Source of the DNA: Podarcis muralis
Taxonomy: Eukaryota
NCBI RefSeq assembly: GCF_964188315.1
Contig: NC_135657.1
Span: forward strand, 95,480,001 to 95,544,000
Reading direction: 5' to 3'
DNA: 64,000 nucleotides
Below are positions 34,897 through 46,630 of the stretch, piece after piece (the first letter of the stretch is position 1; every line of letters begins with the position of its first letter). The notes beneath the pieces were generated by a model. That model was not told the origin of the DNA. It did not search any database and worked only from the letters and a program-made list of their open reading frames with translations. Both the position numbers and the translations under genes were made by a program.

Positions 34897-37220
34897 TAGT
34901 AGACCTGTACTTCCAATGCCATTAAACGACAGTGAATTTTGTAGTTCAGTTTTTGTAGACCGTGCAAGGCTAGAATTATGCTAGTTTAGAATTATGTTAA
35001 ATGGACATTATATCATTACTGTATCTTTATGAACATCATATTCCTGTTCAGGCATAAAGTCTTGATCTTCCACCCATAGTTATGCCAAACACTCATGCAT
35101 TATTTCCCTGTTCTTTCAATGCATGTTCCTCTCTTGCTCTGACTGTCAAATAGTGTGTGAGGAGAGGACAAAGAGGCATCCTCTCTGGTAAATTGAGGTG
35201 CTGGTGGTCTGACCAGAAGTGACTTTGTGGGGAGAGTGCTCTGAGGATGCAGCGCTACCCAGCCCCGCGAGGATAAAGGCAGGACAGGGCAGACAGTGGG
35301 TATGAGTCCCAGCCACTGAAAAGAGAAGGGGAAACAGGAACCAATGGATCCATACACATAAAGGAAAATGGGAGTGAAAGAGGTGGCAGGAGAGAGAGAG
35401 AGAGAGAGAGAGAGGTTGGGTGGAAGCCTCTTGGTTGGATAGTAGGATGGGAGCCTACTATGAAGGAGAGAGGGAAGACGAGAGAGTAAGAGTGAGTGGA
35501 TTGAAGGGAGGACATCAAGACAGGGTGAGGGAGCATGAAACTGAGGAGGAAGATCAAGCAGAGAGCCAGGTGGTAAACAGGCAAAAGCCAGGGAAAGTAA
35601 AAAAAGAGATGAGATGGGTTGCAACATTAAGCGGTTTCTTGGGAAATGTAACATTTCATAATAAAACCTTGAGTCACACAGAAGAGTGGCTCACATATAA
35701 AACCAATGGGAACCTGTGGACGACAACTTAGAAATAATCGTAAATTAATGATGTGGAAAATTAATAGCAGTAAAAGATTTAGAGCTACCTGTTTGGGAAG
35801 TGGGTTCCATATCTTAAATGCCCTTTTTCTTACAAGGTATCCTTAATTATTATTATTATTAATAATAAACGATACTGTCAGTGCTGTTTTAATTCAGTGC
35901 TCATGAAGGGCTTAAGGCATCATTTTAAAATACATTATTAAAATATAACATAGAAATTATGTATTATTTCATTAAGAATATAATATTTTTCTGCATATCG
36001 CTATGGGTATAGATAATGTTGCCATAGAGTTTATTAAATACCGTGTGCTGAGAAAGCAGAATGAGCAGGAAAGAGAAAGAAGGGGGTTTGTTGTGCTTTT
36101 CTGAGCACTAACTAATTTAAACTTAGTGCAGACAAGACAGAGGTGCTCTTGGTGGGGTTCTGGGGTCTGGGTGAGTCTCCTGAACACATGGGAAAAGCAG
36201 GTGGCTGCAAACCCTATATGAAGAAATTTCATCTGAATGCTGCCCTCTTGAGCCGATTTTTAACATGAAAACATTCGCAGTTCCAGATGGTGCCATTTTA
36301 AAATTTCAACTTCTTCCACACTATTAAAATGTTTGATGCACCCATTGTAATTCCATTGTAAATGCTGAAAATATATTTCTTAAGGATATCCTTTTCTGAA
36401 GAAAACACCTTCTCCTTATCTTTTGAGCTCCCGCTGTGAATATGCTCTTCCATGTATACATGTGGCCAACACTGCTTTCAGTATAAACTTGTCCCCCCGT
36501 CTTTCTTGTACTCTGCATCCCATTTAATTTTTAAATGACTACCAGAATTAATTTGATTTTCTGCTTCACCTATCTGCTTGGTCCTGATCATTAAGTTCAT
36601 CAGTAGCACTGCATGTGTCATTTTTGCCCAATGAACAGCAAAGTTTGGGTTTTTTGTTTATTAAGATCCAGTTCTTCAGTCTTCCAGCTGTTAGTGAGTT
36701 GGCAGGCCATAACTATTTTTATGATTGCTTATCTTCGGAATCCTAGCTTTTTTAAAAAATGAAACAACTTCACATGTGGCAATTTACTGCACAGAGATAA
36801 CAGAGGAAAAATGTGAAGTGTAGCATTGGGTGGTTGTTTTGCTATCAGTACATGAGTGAAGAACCCAGTGTGTCCACAGACAGTGAAGCATTCAACGCCT
36901 CTTCTCACATTATTTTAAAGAATACTCTTACTAGCAACACACCCATGTTTGTAGCATGAAAGCTGCTTACCTGCAGGGCCATTCTTCAACCCAGCTCTTC
37001 CTAGGGTTTTAGAACACTTATCCTTCCTTGATCAGTACATACATAAAGTCCCACACAATATTTGCACAGTCAAAACTAACCACCCATGAACCACCCATGG
37101 CTCGAATCAAGTCAGCTGGTGGGGAGCAGTGGCTGAGCTCCAGCACAGCTGTGGTGGGTCAGGGGTGGCGTTCTGTCTTCGGCATTTCCTCCTCTGGCCA
37201 TGCGGACTGCTGGGGTGTTG

Positions 37221-37330
37221 CCCACGATCACAGCCAATCGTGGGTGAGCTAGGGGGCGTGGTTTGGGAGCGGACCAGGGGGGAACTTCTTCCCTAGCTAT
37301 AAAAGCTAGTCACATTCAGCCTCATTCGCC
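37221..37330 (+). promoter_or_regulatory. Candidate Pol II core promoter cassette, probably a retroelement terminal repeat
   Basis: CCAAT 37234-38, GGGGGCGTGG 37252-61, TATAAAAG 37298-305 and Inr-like TCATTC with A at 37324, all in canonical order and orientation. Confidence 0.45.
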
Positions 37331-38219
37331 ACCGATTCCTACTCACCCTCCCTATATGGATGGGCTGCCCGAGGTTAAGTGGGAAGGCAATGCAGAGCAC
37401 CTTGCTATGGAAATCTTCAGTCGCTGTATTTGGGGCCAGGGTTTCACCCAAAGAAATGCAATTTGTTAAAGGAGCAGAGGCTTCTGGGGTGACCCCCTAT
37501 TCTCTTCACAGAGGTGCAATTGCCAAGTAACACTCTATCCCTCTTCCCACAAATCTCTGGGAATTTTTAGTTCTGTGAAGGGAATCTATGGTTTTGTTTT
37601 GTTTTGCTTACCAGACAGAAAGATCCTCCCACCACAAACTTTTGTAGGCACATGGGAGGTGAGGGGAGAAATCCCCACTGCAGTAATTGAAGCCCTTGTG
37701 CTAGCTGGACTAGTTAGTTGAATCCCACCCAAGGTATTGGTGTGGGGTTTTTTTTTTTGGGGGGGGGGACCCACAGTAACAACTTTAGACTGTAAGATCC
37801 AGACCGATGGTGTGTGAAATATTTATTTGGCTAGTATTTACAGTTCAGGGATGATATGCCACTGGCTTATTGGCTAAGAGACAATTTTTAAAACCGGCTG
37901 AACCTGACATAGATTTGATGTCAAAGTTTGCTGAGATGTTAATAGCTGTTAATACTGCACTACTGCCTTTATACAGAAGCTTGATTGGATCCCCCCTCCC
38001 CAGCTCTATGGTATACATTTTGGTTCCCTCTGTTTAGAATTTGCTAGCTGGAATACGACTTCTTTATCAGAAATCACCTGGGTAACTATTTTGAGAGCAA
38101 GCTTGTTGGCGACTGCAGTATTAGTTAATTATTGGGAAAGTGAGGCAAGGACACTGGGGGTGACATCCATTTCTGCTCTTGATCCTAGTGAAAAGCAACA
38201 TCAGCCTGGTGAATAATGA

Positions 38220-38688
38220 CAAAGTGGGGTTGCCTCAGGGTTCCTTCCCGGGCCCAGTGTTGTTTAACATCTTCATTAACTGACTTGGAGTGGAGAGGAT
38301 GCTCTTCAGATTTGCAGATGTCACCAAATTGAGTAGAGCAGCTTATACCTTCAGAGACAGAAACAGGATCCAATATTATCTTGGCAGAACGAAGAACTGG
38401 GCCCAAACTAACAAAATGAACACCAGCAGAGATAAATGTGAAGTTCTGCATTTAGACAGGAAACAGCAGATGCCCAAATACACAGTGGATGGCTCCTGGC
38501 TGGAGAGCAGTACATTTGACAGTGATATCAGGGTTTTAGTAGACCATGAGCTAAACACGAGTCACCTGTGCACTGTGGCAGTTTTAAAGGATAGTGTAAT
38601 TCCGGGTTACACCAGTAGATGTATGACATCTAGATCAGAAGAAGTAATGGTACCACTCTCTTCTGCTTTCATCAGACTTCAGCTCTGA
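38220..38688 (+). mobile_element. Degraded CR1 ORF2 (RT) fragment
   Basis: GLPQGSFPGPVLFNIFIN…MLFRFADVTKL…WAQTNKMN…DKCEVLHL…V.VDHELN…SRSEEVMVPLSSAFIRLQL (ORF 38290..38688). Confidence 0.88.
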
Positions 38689-39113
38689 CTTTCTATAGAC
38701 CAGAATATGACTTAATACTTGAAAAGTGCACAGTTCAGAATTTTAAGGCCGGTATAGTCTCATTCATTTGGTAAAGCAGAAGATGGATAGTCTCTTTCAG
38801 GGATGCGGCAGAAATGGGTTTCCTTCACCTGCAAGGGATTGGACTTGATTACTTCTGAGCTTCCTTACAATACTATTATTTTATGACTTAATGGAATAAG
38901 AATTTCAATAGTCACTTTTGTAAGCTCATTAATCACAGCTCATAATATTTCCACATCTCTCTCTTGTAGCCATCTTTAAAGCAAAGGTTTATGTTGGGAG
39001 AACTAGCATTTAAACAAGCAATTGCATCCAAACAGGTCCCCTCCCCCTTTGATCATATGCTCACAGGTGGTCTGGCAGACGGTGCAATAACGTGTGTTTG
39101 TTTTCCTGAACAG

Positions 39114-39487
39114 TGTTTACGGCTGTCCTTTGGCAAAAAAGAGAAAGACGCAAGAGAAGCAACCCCAAGAACCGGCTCCTAAAAGAAAATCATTTGTAGT
39201 TAAAACGGACAACTCTTCAGTAGATGAATGCTATGAAACAGATGGAACTGAGGAAATGGATGATAAGGAAGAGGAAGAAGAGGAGGAGGAGGAGGAATAT
39301 TCTGATGATAATGAGGAGCAAGTTGATGATGACGAGGAGGAGGAGGATGAAGAAGTAGATCGGGATGAGGAGGAGGTTGAGGAGGAGGAGGAGGAGGAAG
39401 AGGAGGAGGAAGAGGAAGCAGACGAAGCAGAGGACGATGAAGAGGAGGAGGAGGAGGAAGAAGAGGAAGAAGAGGAAGAAGAAAGTG
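39114..39487 (+). CDS. MYT1L: MYT1L coding exon 4 (374 nt; [11 protein letters not shown]... plus acidic poly-Glu/Asp tract)
   Basis: ttttcctgaacag acceptor completes the finger (S-VYGCPLA). Donor G|gtaatg at 39488 is phase 1 and matches the next exon. Contained in ORF 39094..39498. Confidence 0.95.
39268..39483 (+). repeat. Coding (GAG/GAA/GAT)-rich trinucleotide tract
   Basis: 62 of 72 codons are Glu/Asp, with pure Glu runs of 10, 13 and 15 (counted from the DNA). Confidence 0.95.
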
Positions 39488-41542
39488 GTAATGCATAGAT
39501 AAACACCATGCACATTTTGGGTTAATCTTCCAGTGTGGTATTATGGGATTTAGCAGTACATCTTTCTTTAAGGCTAATACTAGTCACTCTGCTTCTGTCT
39601 CTGTGCTACATGCTGACAAATGTCCTCACTGTATTCTCTTAACAATCATTTTCAGATGACCGTTCTACAAATAGCTCTTGAAACAGCTAGCAGTCCCATT
39701 TTCGAAATGTGTAGCTTAGACTCCTGCATGCCCAAAATTCTTGCAGAGAAGTGTGGCTGTATTGATGCCATGAGACCAGCCAAAGAACTTGGGAAGCAAA
39801 TGGTTATGTTTGCACATATCTGTGTCCATGTTTGTTTGCTGTACTTGTCTCCTTCATAGTAATCGTTTGCTTCTCAGATAGATATGGCCACATGTTTGCA
39901 GGTGTTCTTGGCAATGCAATATGGGCATCTTCCCTTTCGAAAATTTGAAACTACACCTTTTTTTAGGCAAGGAACAAGTGGTACCTACTTTGGTTCTTTG
40001 AGACTTGGATGTTGTGTACTTTAGCTGATTTTATTAAAACTATGGAGACTGGCAGATTTACATAGGTATCCCTGTTAAAAGCATTATATGTATACACCGT
40101 TCAACAAGTTAGGAGACACTCATTGGACGTCCAGTTAATATATTGCTAATACAATTAAACCAAAGGCATTTGTTCATTTTCTGTGGACTCTTAAAATAAT
40201 TGGTGTTATTTTAAACACTAGCTTCCAATTGTTTAACTTCAGTAGTTCCTACAGTAATCAGATCATACCCTAATGCCATGAAAATGAATATTCACACAGT
40301 AATAATAAAAATAATAATAACGAGCCATCTAAAAAGTATTTTGTTCCCATTTCCAGGGAACATGTTTTTGGTTGGGTAGAATCACATTTCTAATCAATCA
40401 ATAAAAATATAAGAAAAATATTCTCTTTTTTTGATAATAAGTTTCAGCACTCCTCAGTCGGATTCCTCTTAGGAACCAGGTATGAAAGTTATCTGATTTC
40501 TGTTTCAGAATTATCTTAGGTAAGAAGTAGAAAGTGGCTTTAAAGTGCTCATTTAAAAGAGACTGGAAAGGTGTGCCTCATATGGTTCCTTTTCTGAATT
40601 CTACCAAATTCTCAGAGAAGGAAAACATGCAAGTTTTGCAAGAGAGCAATTTAGGGACAAAGCATCTTTTCATATTCTGCTAATTTGGAATTTGAACAAA
40701 AGGAAGGTTTGTAATCATTAATTACAACTAAGTTAAGAAGGCCAATTGTACAGACAGGAGAATTTCTGGAGGACAACAAACCTTATAAAAATTTGGAACT
40801 ATGCATAATTATTAGTGAGTAAGCACTATTGGATAGAAATGTAGCTTATTTCTGAGTATACATGCATAGGATTAGACTGTTTGATAGCAAAGAATGCATC
40901 TATGCTATCCAAAATAATGAGAATAAATAAACTTACTTAGAATTTAGACAACCTTGTGAAATAAATTTATTGCTACTGATATATTATGGAACACACTACT
41001 TTTACTGATTCCCTACACAGCTACATGGTCAAGTGACCTGAAGCAGTAGCCAATAACTGCTACTGCTTTCTGGGTATTTGTTTAGTGCACAGCTAGTTCC
41101 TATTAGAAACAGGAACTGGAGTGTATAATGACAGAGGAGTACACTGCCTCTAGTCATAAGAAATAACCTTTGGATTCCTGATTCTGGCAAAAACAATGCT
41201 TGACAAAGGTAGAAATGCAGGGAAGGGGTTTATATAGTACTATAGAAATATAATTATATCACTGTGTTCTTTGAAACTTCGCATATAACCAGACAACACA
41301 CTTGTTGCTTGTTAGTGCACAAAGGTATCATGAAACAAATAACTGAATATAACACAAACTTTTGTTTCTTGAGTAAATGTGAAGGTTTTGATAGTTTAAT
41401 TTAAGATGGTGTATTAACGAAGCAGGTCAGGAGAAATGTATTTCCCCCCCCCTAAATTCAAGTCTGTGTCAATATAGACATAACACTCCAGATTTGTCAA
41501 GCATGGTTAAGAGAGTGAGATTGGGTTTTGTGGAATTGTATA

Positions 41543-41602
41543 GGTTTATTCCCACCACCCACTGGTTTTCACTGGTTTATTCCCACCACCCACTGGTTTT
41601 CA
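41543..41602. repeat. 31-bp-period tandem duplication
   Basis: ggtttattcccaccacccactggttttca occurs twice, at 41543 and 41574. Confidence 0.9.
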
Positions 41603-42213
41603 TTGTGGTTAGGGCTGAAGCAACATTCAGATCTGATTAGTGGGTCTTGCTTAGCACTGAAGGTAGTTAAGACCAACAAAAGTAGAGATAATTAGTACAA
41701 GAGAGAGAAGAGACAGTGTGGAGAACTCTCAATCTCTAAACCATAGTTAAAAGACTAGGTGTCTTACCTCTGTGCCAGCACTAAGATATCATTTTTTTCT
41801 CTCCTGTGGACAGCATAGGCAACTTGAGCTCCCTTAAGATGAATATTTGAGACTGTGCTTTAAGAAAGCTGCAACTCATTAGCACAAGTTTTTTCTCAGA
41901 CCCTAAGATCAAGGGAGTTAACAAATTCCATTCTGGATAATGTTACAGACTTCCTTTGCTTAAAGTTCCACCAAAGGGGTTATAGTCAAATAAACAGACT
42001 CCTATAAGAAATAATACGTCAAAGAAGCCCTGTATGTGCAGCTAAGCCCTTCTGCGTGCTTACTGAGGCTTGCCTTATTTCCTGAAACATCAATGGCTGC
42101 TCTAGAGTGACAATTTCCCTAATTTTGGGAACAAGGAACACAGAGGGTTATGTTCTGGAAAGAGGCCTGAGACGTTTTGGAAGGTACTTGAGCATTCTGG
42201 GCATAGTCTTTTG

Positions 42214-42350
42214 CAGTGCTATTTTTATAGAAAAAGATGTGCCAGAGCTCACCATGAACACCTCCCTCATTCTCTTAGAATGGCAATGGTGCCCATCTGA
42301 GAGGTGTCAGAACTGAGTTCCAGAAATTTCTGGCTGAAAAAAAAGCCCTG
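42214..42350. mobile_element. 137-bp hAT-type MITE
   Basis: Termini CAGTGCTATTTTT / AAAAAAAGCCCTG; 8-bp TSD gtcttttg (42206-13) / gtcctttg (42351-58). Confidence 0.8.
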
Positions 42351-44814
42351 GTCCTTTGGGATCTTGATTTCTGTGACCTTCTAGGTTCATTCTCTGACAG
42401 AAATTAATTTCAATGGATTTACATTAGTGCACCTGAATTTTCATAAGGTTTTGTAGGATTTTAGAAGCATAGATCCTGAGGTATATAAATAAGATAAATA
42501 TTTCAAAAGCAGTTATGCTCTTATGAAATTCCACTCCTGGTCTTTGATTAAATATACAAAGCATACTAAAGCAACACTCTTACAAATCTCAAAATACCAA
42601 TTAAAGAGAACCAAAGACTTCCACCTCAGCAATAAGATGTACCCCTAAAATTCCTTTTCAACAGTTTAAAGACCTTCTTCAGTATATCATTAAGTATATT
42701 GAGTCTCCTTTATTGAATATATACCTTGTCTTCAAAAAGTTCTGTTACACCCTCGAAAGGCCATAGTCATTAAAAGAATGACTAATCTTTCAAATTTCCT
42801 TTGAATCTCACCCCTTACCCCAAAAGAAATTATGAGCCCCACCCCCCTTGAAATCACCTATCCCATAAATCCTATGTAACATGGCAGAATGAGTCATTGT
42901 TTGGGGGAGGGGACTCTTCTAGGATTGCCGTCCTCTGTGGTGGTTATTGCTTAATTAGTATTAATGTCCCGTTTAATTTGTGAGGCCAAACTTAAGTGAC
43001 CTGTTTCTCCTCCTTCTGAGAGGAGATCACATCAGGTGGTAGATGGTTCCCAAAGACTGTTTCACAAAGCTTTTCTATTATAGAAAGAAATCTCCGGTGG
43101 AGGAGCTCCAGGAACAGATGTTCCAAGGCACCATTTAGCCTATATCATATGAAGACATTCAAGATGGCTTGTGCTCCAGGTATTTCATAAACCCCTTAGG
43201 GTCAGGAAGAATCAGGTTGATTCTAGAACTCCCAGGAGAGTCAATACAAATGATGGAAACACTCACCCATTTCTTACAATTATGCTATACAAATCTATAT
43301 TTATGTTTCCTTAAAGGGGTGTGGGTTAGATCTGGTTTAGATCTGGAAAACTTTCCCCCCAGATCTTTATAAATCTTGCACACGTTAATATTTCCCCGCC
43401 CCTCCCACCTCACATTATTGTGAAAATGTGACATATTTAATGAGATACAGGATGCATATTATCACTAGGGGTGCCACTTTATTTATTCTGAATAACTCAT
43501 CATATTAGCGGGGGAAACTAAGTAGCACATGAAGGGATTTCAGTGCAACCGCAGCATAATCATGTTATCTTGTGACATGGTTCTAATATAAAATAAGGAA
43601 ATGAAAAAATAGGTCACTAAAGTTGAATGTTTGTTGTGGCATTTTATTCTAGTTTTCAAATCAGGCATAGCTTAGAAAAATAACACTATTATGCATTACA
43701 TTTGTACAAAAACAATTCACCCTTATTCTTTTGCTGTTGTTATTGTCATTGTTTAAAAACATGTGTATATTGTTGCTCTTTGATGACCCTAAAAGTCTTA
43801 CCCCTCCCTTCAGTTCATATATATATATGAATCCAAAGGTAGGATTTATCAAAACTTGTTCATATGCACAAACTATCCATAAGCATTTTGGACAGAACTC
43901 CTACCAAAGTGTGGATACGCCATCAAAATATTATGAACTTGCCCCCCTACGTAAAACAGTAAGGCAGCAGTAAGGCTCACAGGAAGGAGATTTATCAACT
44001 TTCATATGGAGATAGGGTGGAGATTACTTAGAATGGGCACACTGCCTGGTTCCCTTTTGTCTATACAGAATTACTGCCCAGTGTTCACATTTATCTTGCA
44101 AATACATTATGGCAGAAATAAGTGATGCAGGGAAGCATGTATCCCCATAGCAAGCGTCTTGAAAGAGACAGCTGACTGATTTAAACAAATATTGCTACAT
44201 GTAGATCAACCTCAGTCTTTTTTTCCTCCTTCAAAGACTGGCTGCTGTACCTCAAGGAATCCCTTTTCTTGAGCTAGGCCAGGAATTCTCTGCCACAAGA
44301 TGGGTGGATGGGCATTAGTTTAGGTGGCTTTCAGGAGACTGGCAAAATAATGGAAAATAATTCTATCAGTGACTACTAGTTGTGATGACTATGTGCCTCC
44401 AGATGTTGCTGGACTAACTCTAATCAGCTCCAGTCAGCATTGCTCAATAGTCAGGGATGACAGACATTGCAGCAACATCTGGAGGGTCAAATGTTCCCAG
44501 CATCTGATAAAGAAGTACTTTATTTTGATTGCTGTGAATGTCCCATCAGTTTCATTGGATACCCGAGAGTCCTGGTATTATAGGACTGGGGAAAATATTT
44601 AGCAACTTTCTCCACATCACAAATGAGCGTTGGTCCTAAGAACAGAGCTGAAAAGCAATCCATTGTAGAGGATGTGGGGGAGAACTTGGCCTACAATCCT
44701 TAAATCTGCCCTCAGAGTGTCCTCTCTTCCACTCAAAGGAAGTAAGAAAGTCGCTGCTCAGCCGTGACTCAAGAATCACTCAGTTTTAAGTTTGTCTCTG
44801 TGATGAGGCTACAT

Positions 44815-44945
44815 TTACTTTCAGCCCTTGCTTCTGTGTCTGCAATATGAGGGTAGTAGCACTGGGCTACCTTACAGGGCTCTTGTAAAGACTGTAAGAA
44901 GATAAGTGCTTTAAAATTCAAGCGCTCTATATAAGTGGTGATGGT
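44815..44945 (+). mobile_element. Old CORE-SINE (MIR/Ther1-like) fragment
   Basis: tgtctgcaatatgagggtagtagcactgggctaccttacagggctcttgtaaagac…aagtgcttt…agcgctctatataa resembles the MIR core and tail. Confidence 0.45.
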
Positions 44946-45153
44946 TGTAATGGCACAAGCCAACAAACACCACTGTCCTTATCTCCTAATTGTCAAGGAA
45001 TGATTAGTAAGGTGATTTGGTTTTTGGGGGGTCTACTGTGGAGTGCCAATTATAGCGTGTAAAGGGAACAAAATTGCCACAAGGTGGTTGGTCGGATAGT
45101 AAGGTTCTGTTTAAATCTGCTCATGAGAAATGTTGGGCTGATTTCACAACTTA

Positions 45154-45397
45154 CCGTATTTTTTGCTCTATAAGACTCACCTTTTCCCTCCTAAAAAGTA
45201 AGGGGAAATGTGTGTGCGTCTTATGGAGTGAATGCAGGCTGCGCAGCTATCCCAGAAGCCAGAACAGCAAGAGGGATCGCTGCTTTTGCTGCGCAGCGAT
45301 CCCTTTTGTTGTTCTGGCTTCTGAGATTCAGAATATTTTTTTTCTTGTTTTCCTCCTCCAAAAACTAGGTGTGTCTTATGGTCTGGTGCATCTTATA
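45154..45397. mobile_element. Tc2-like MITE, family B short variant (right TIR truncated)
   Basis: Left TA plus CCGTATTTTTTGCTCTATAAGAC; collinear with 10335-10592 and ends at tcttata. Confidence 0.85.
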
Positions 45398-46528
45398 AAT
45401 GAGCTGTGCAGCTGGGGACCTTTTCTGACATATTAGAACTATCTCCCACTTCCTTCCCCTCCCTGCCCAATTGTTGGCATCTAGCTAGTCTTGTCGCAGG
45501 ACCTGCAATGCCATTTCCTGCCCTTGTGTAATCAATAAGTCTTCAAATAATCAATAAGTGCTCCTGCAGGAGTAGCCTAGTGGGATTTCCTGCTTCATCA
45601 AGTGGAAATAAAATAAAATAAAATAAAATGGGAGAGGTAGTTCATACGTTCTCTGTCACAATAGATGCCAATGACAATCTCAGAGTCACAGCCCAAGCAA
45701 CTTTACTAGAAGCAGTGAAAAGCTAGTTGAGTTGAAAACTACTCCCACACCCACCCAGAAATACATTTTTGTTTTATTTCAAAGGAAGTTGATTCCTTAA
45801 CAGTGGGAATGTTACCTGTATCATATAGGTCTAGGTAAGCAATACCTCTCTATTCCATGCAAGAGGCACTTCATTTGTAATGTCCACAGAAATTTGACAA
45901 GGAAAAGTCTGTTCTAAAGCTTTTGTTACTTGAGAGCCAATGATCGTTATTCATTTATCCCTTTATTACCTACTTACTTCTGTTCATGAAGTGTGTTTTC
46001 ACTACACTTACTTTTGTATTGTAGCTTTCTTTCTTTGTGCAGTAATGTTAGCAACTACCCATACATTCCCTTTGTGTCATTAAGCAGCAGGGCTGGGATA
46101 GAAGAAGCGTCTATGTGCCTCATAGAATCAGATCATGGAAGCATGGAAAGGAATTGCATCAACATCCCCAATGCTCTGTCCATTCCCCTCTTCCCATTAA
46201 TAGCCAGGAAGGAAGGAAGAGTTGACACAGTCATAATTTGGCCTTCCCCGGATACTCTGGCAGCGCAGCAAAGCCATAAATTATTTATTCCTGCAGCAAG
46301 AGAGAAGGTCAGGGACATACATTATACGTCCATCCCTAATAACACTGTGAATTTCTCAGCCACATTCCGGGGTTTCTCCCCCTCTCGTACATAAACCGTA
46401 TATAACACTATTAGTATGTAAAAGCAGGATTTGGGGCTGTGCAAGTGGTGCACACACACTGAGTGCTTCTCTGAGAGGGTGCTGTCTCAAAGCCAGGTAA
46501 GCAAAGCTTTGGGAAGGAGGTGTGAGGG

Positions 46529-46630
46529 CTCTGGCAGGGTCCTAGAGTCCTCTTGCCTCCTCCCCAAAGCCCAGTTAGCATCTTCCCACCTTTGGGGAGG
46601 AGGTGGGAGGGATCTGGGACCCTGCCAGAG
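46529..46630. repeat. Imperfect inverted repeat (about 41-bp arms, 20-nt loop)
   Basis: ctctggcagggtcc…cctcctccccaaag pairs with ctttggggaggagg…ggaccctgccagag. Confidence 0.8.

Noticed and set aside
35100-35731. Long ORFs over a purine-rich stretch, possibly an old LINE or LTR
   Set aside because: Low complexity and no diagnostic motif found, so I could not assign a family or product.
39200-39515. Antisense ORFs rich in Pro, Leu/Phe or Ser
   Set aside because: Shadow frames of the GAR-rich poly-Glu exon.
40442-41815. REST/RE1 sites (ttcagcac at about 40443; ggacagc at about 41808)
   Set aside because: Only isolated half-sites, with no full 21-bp RE1.
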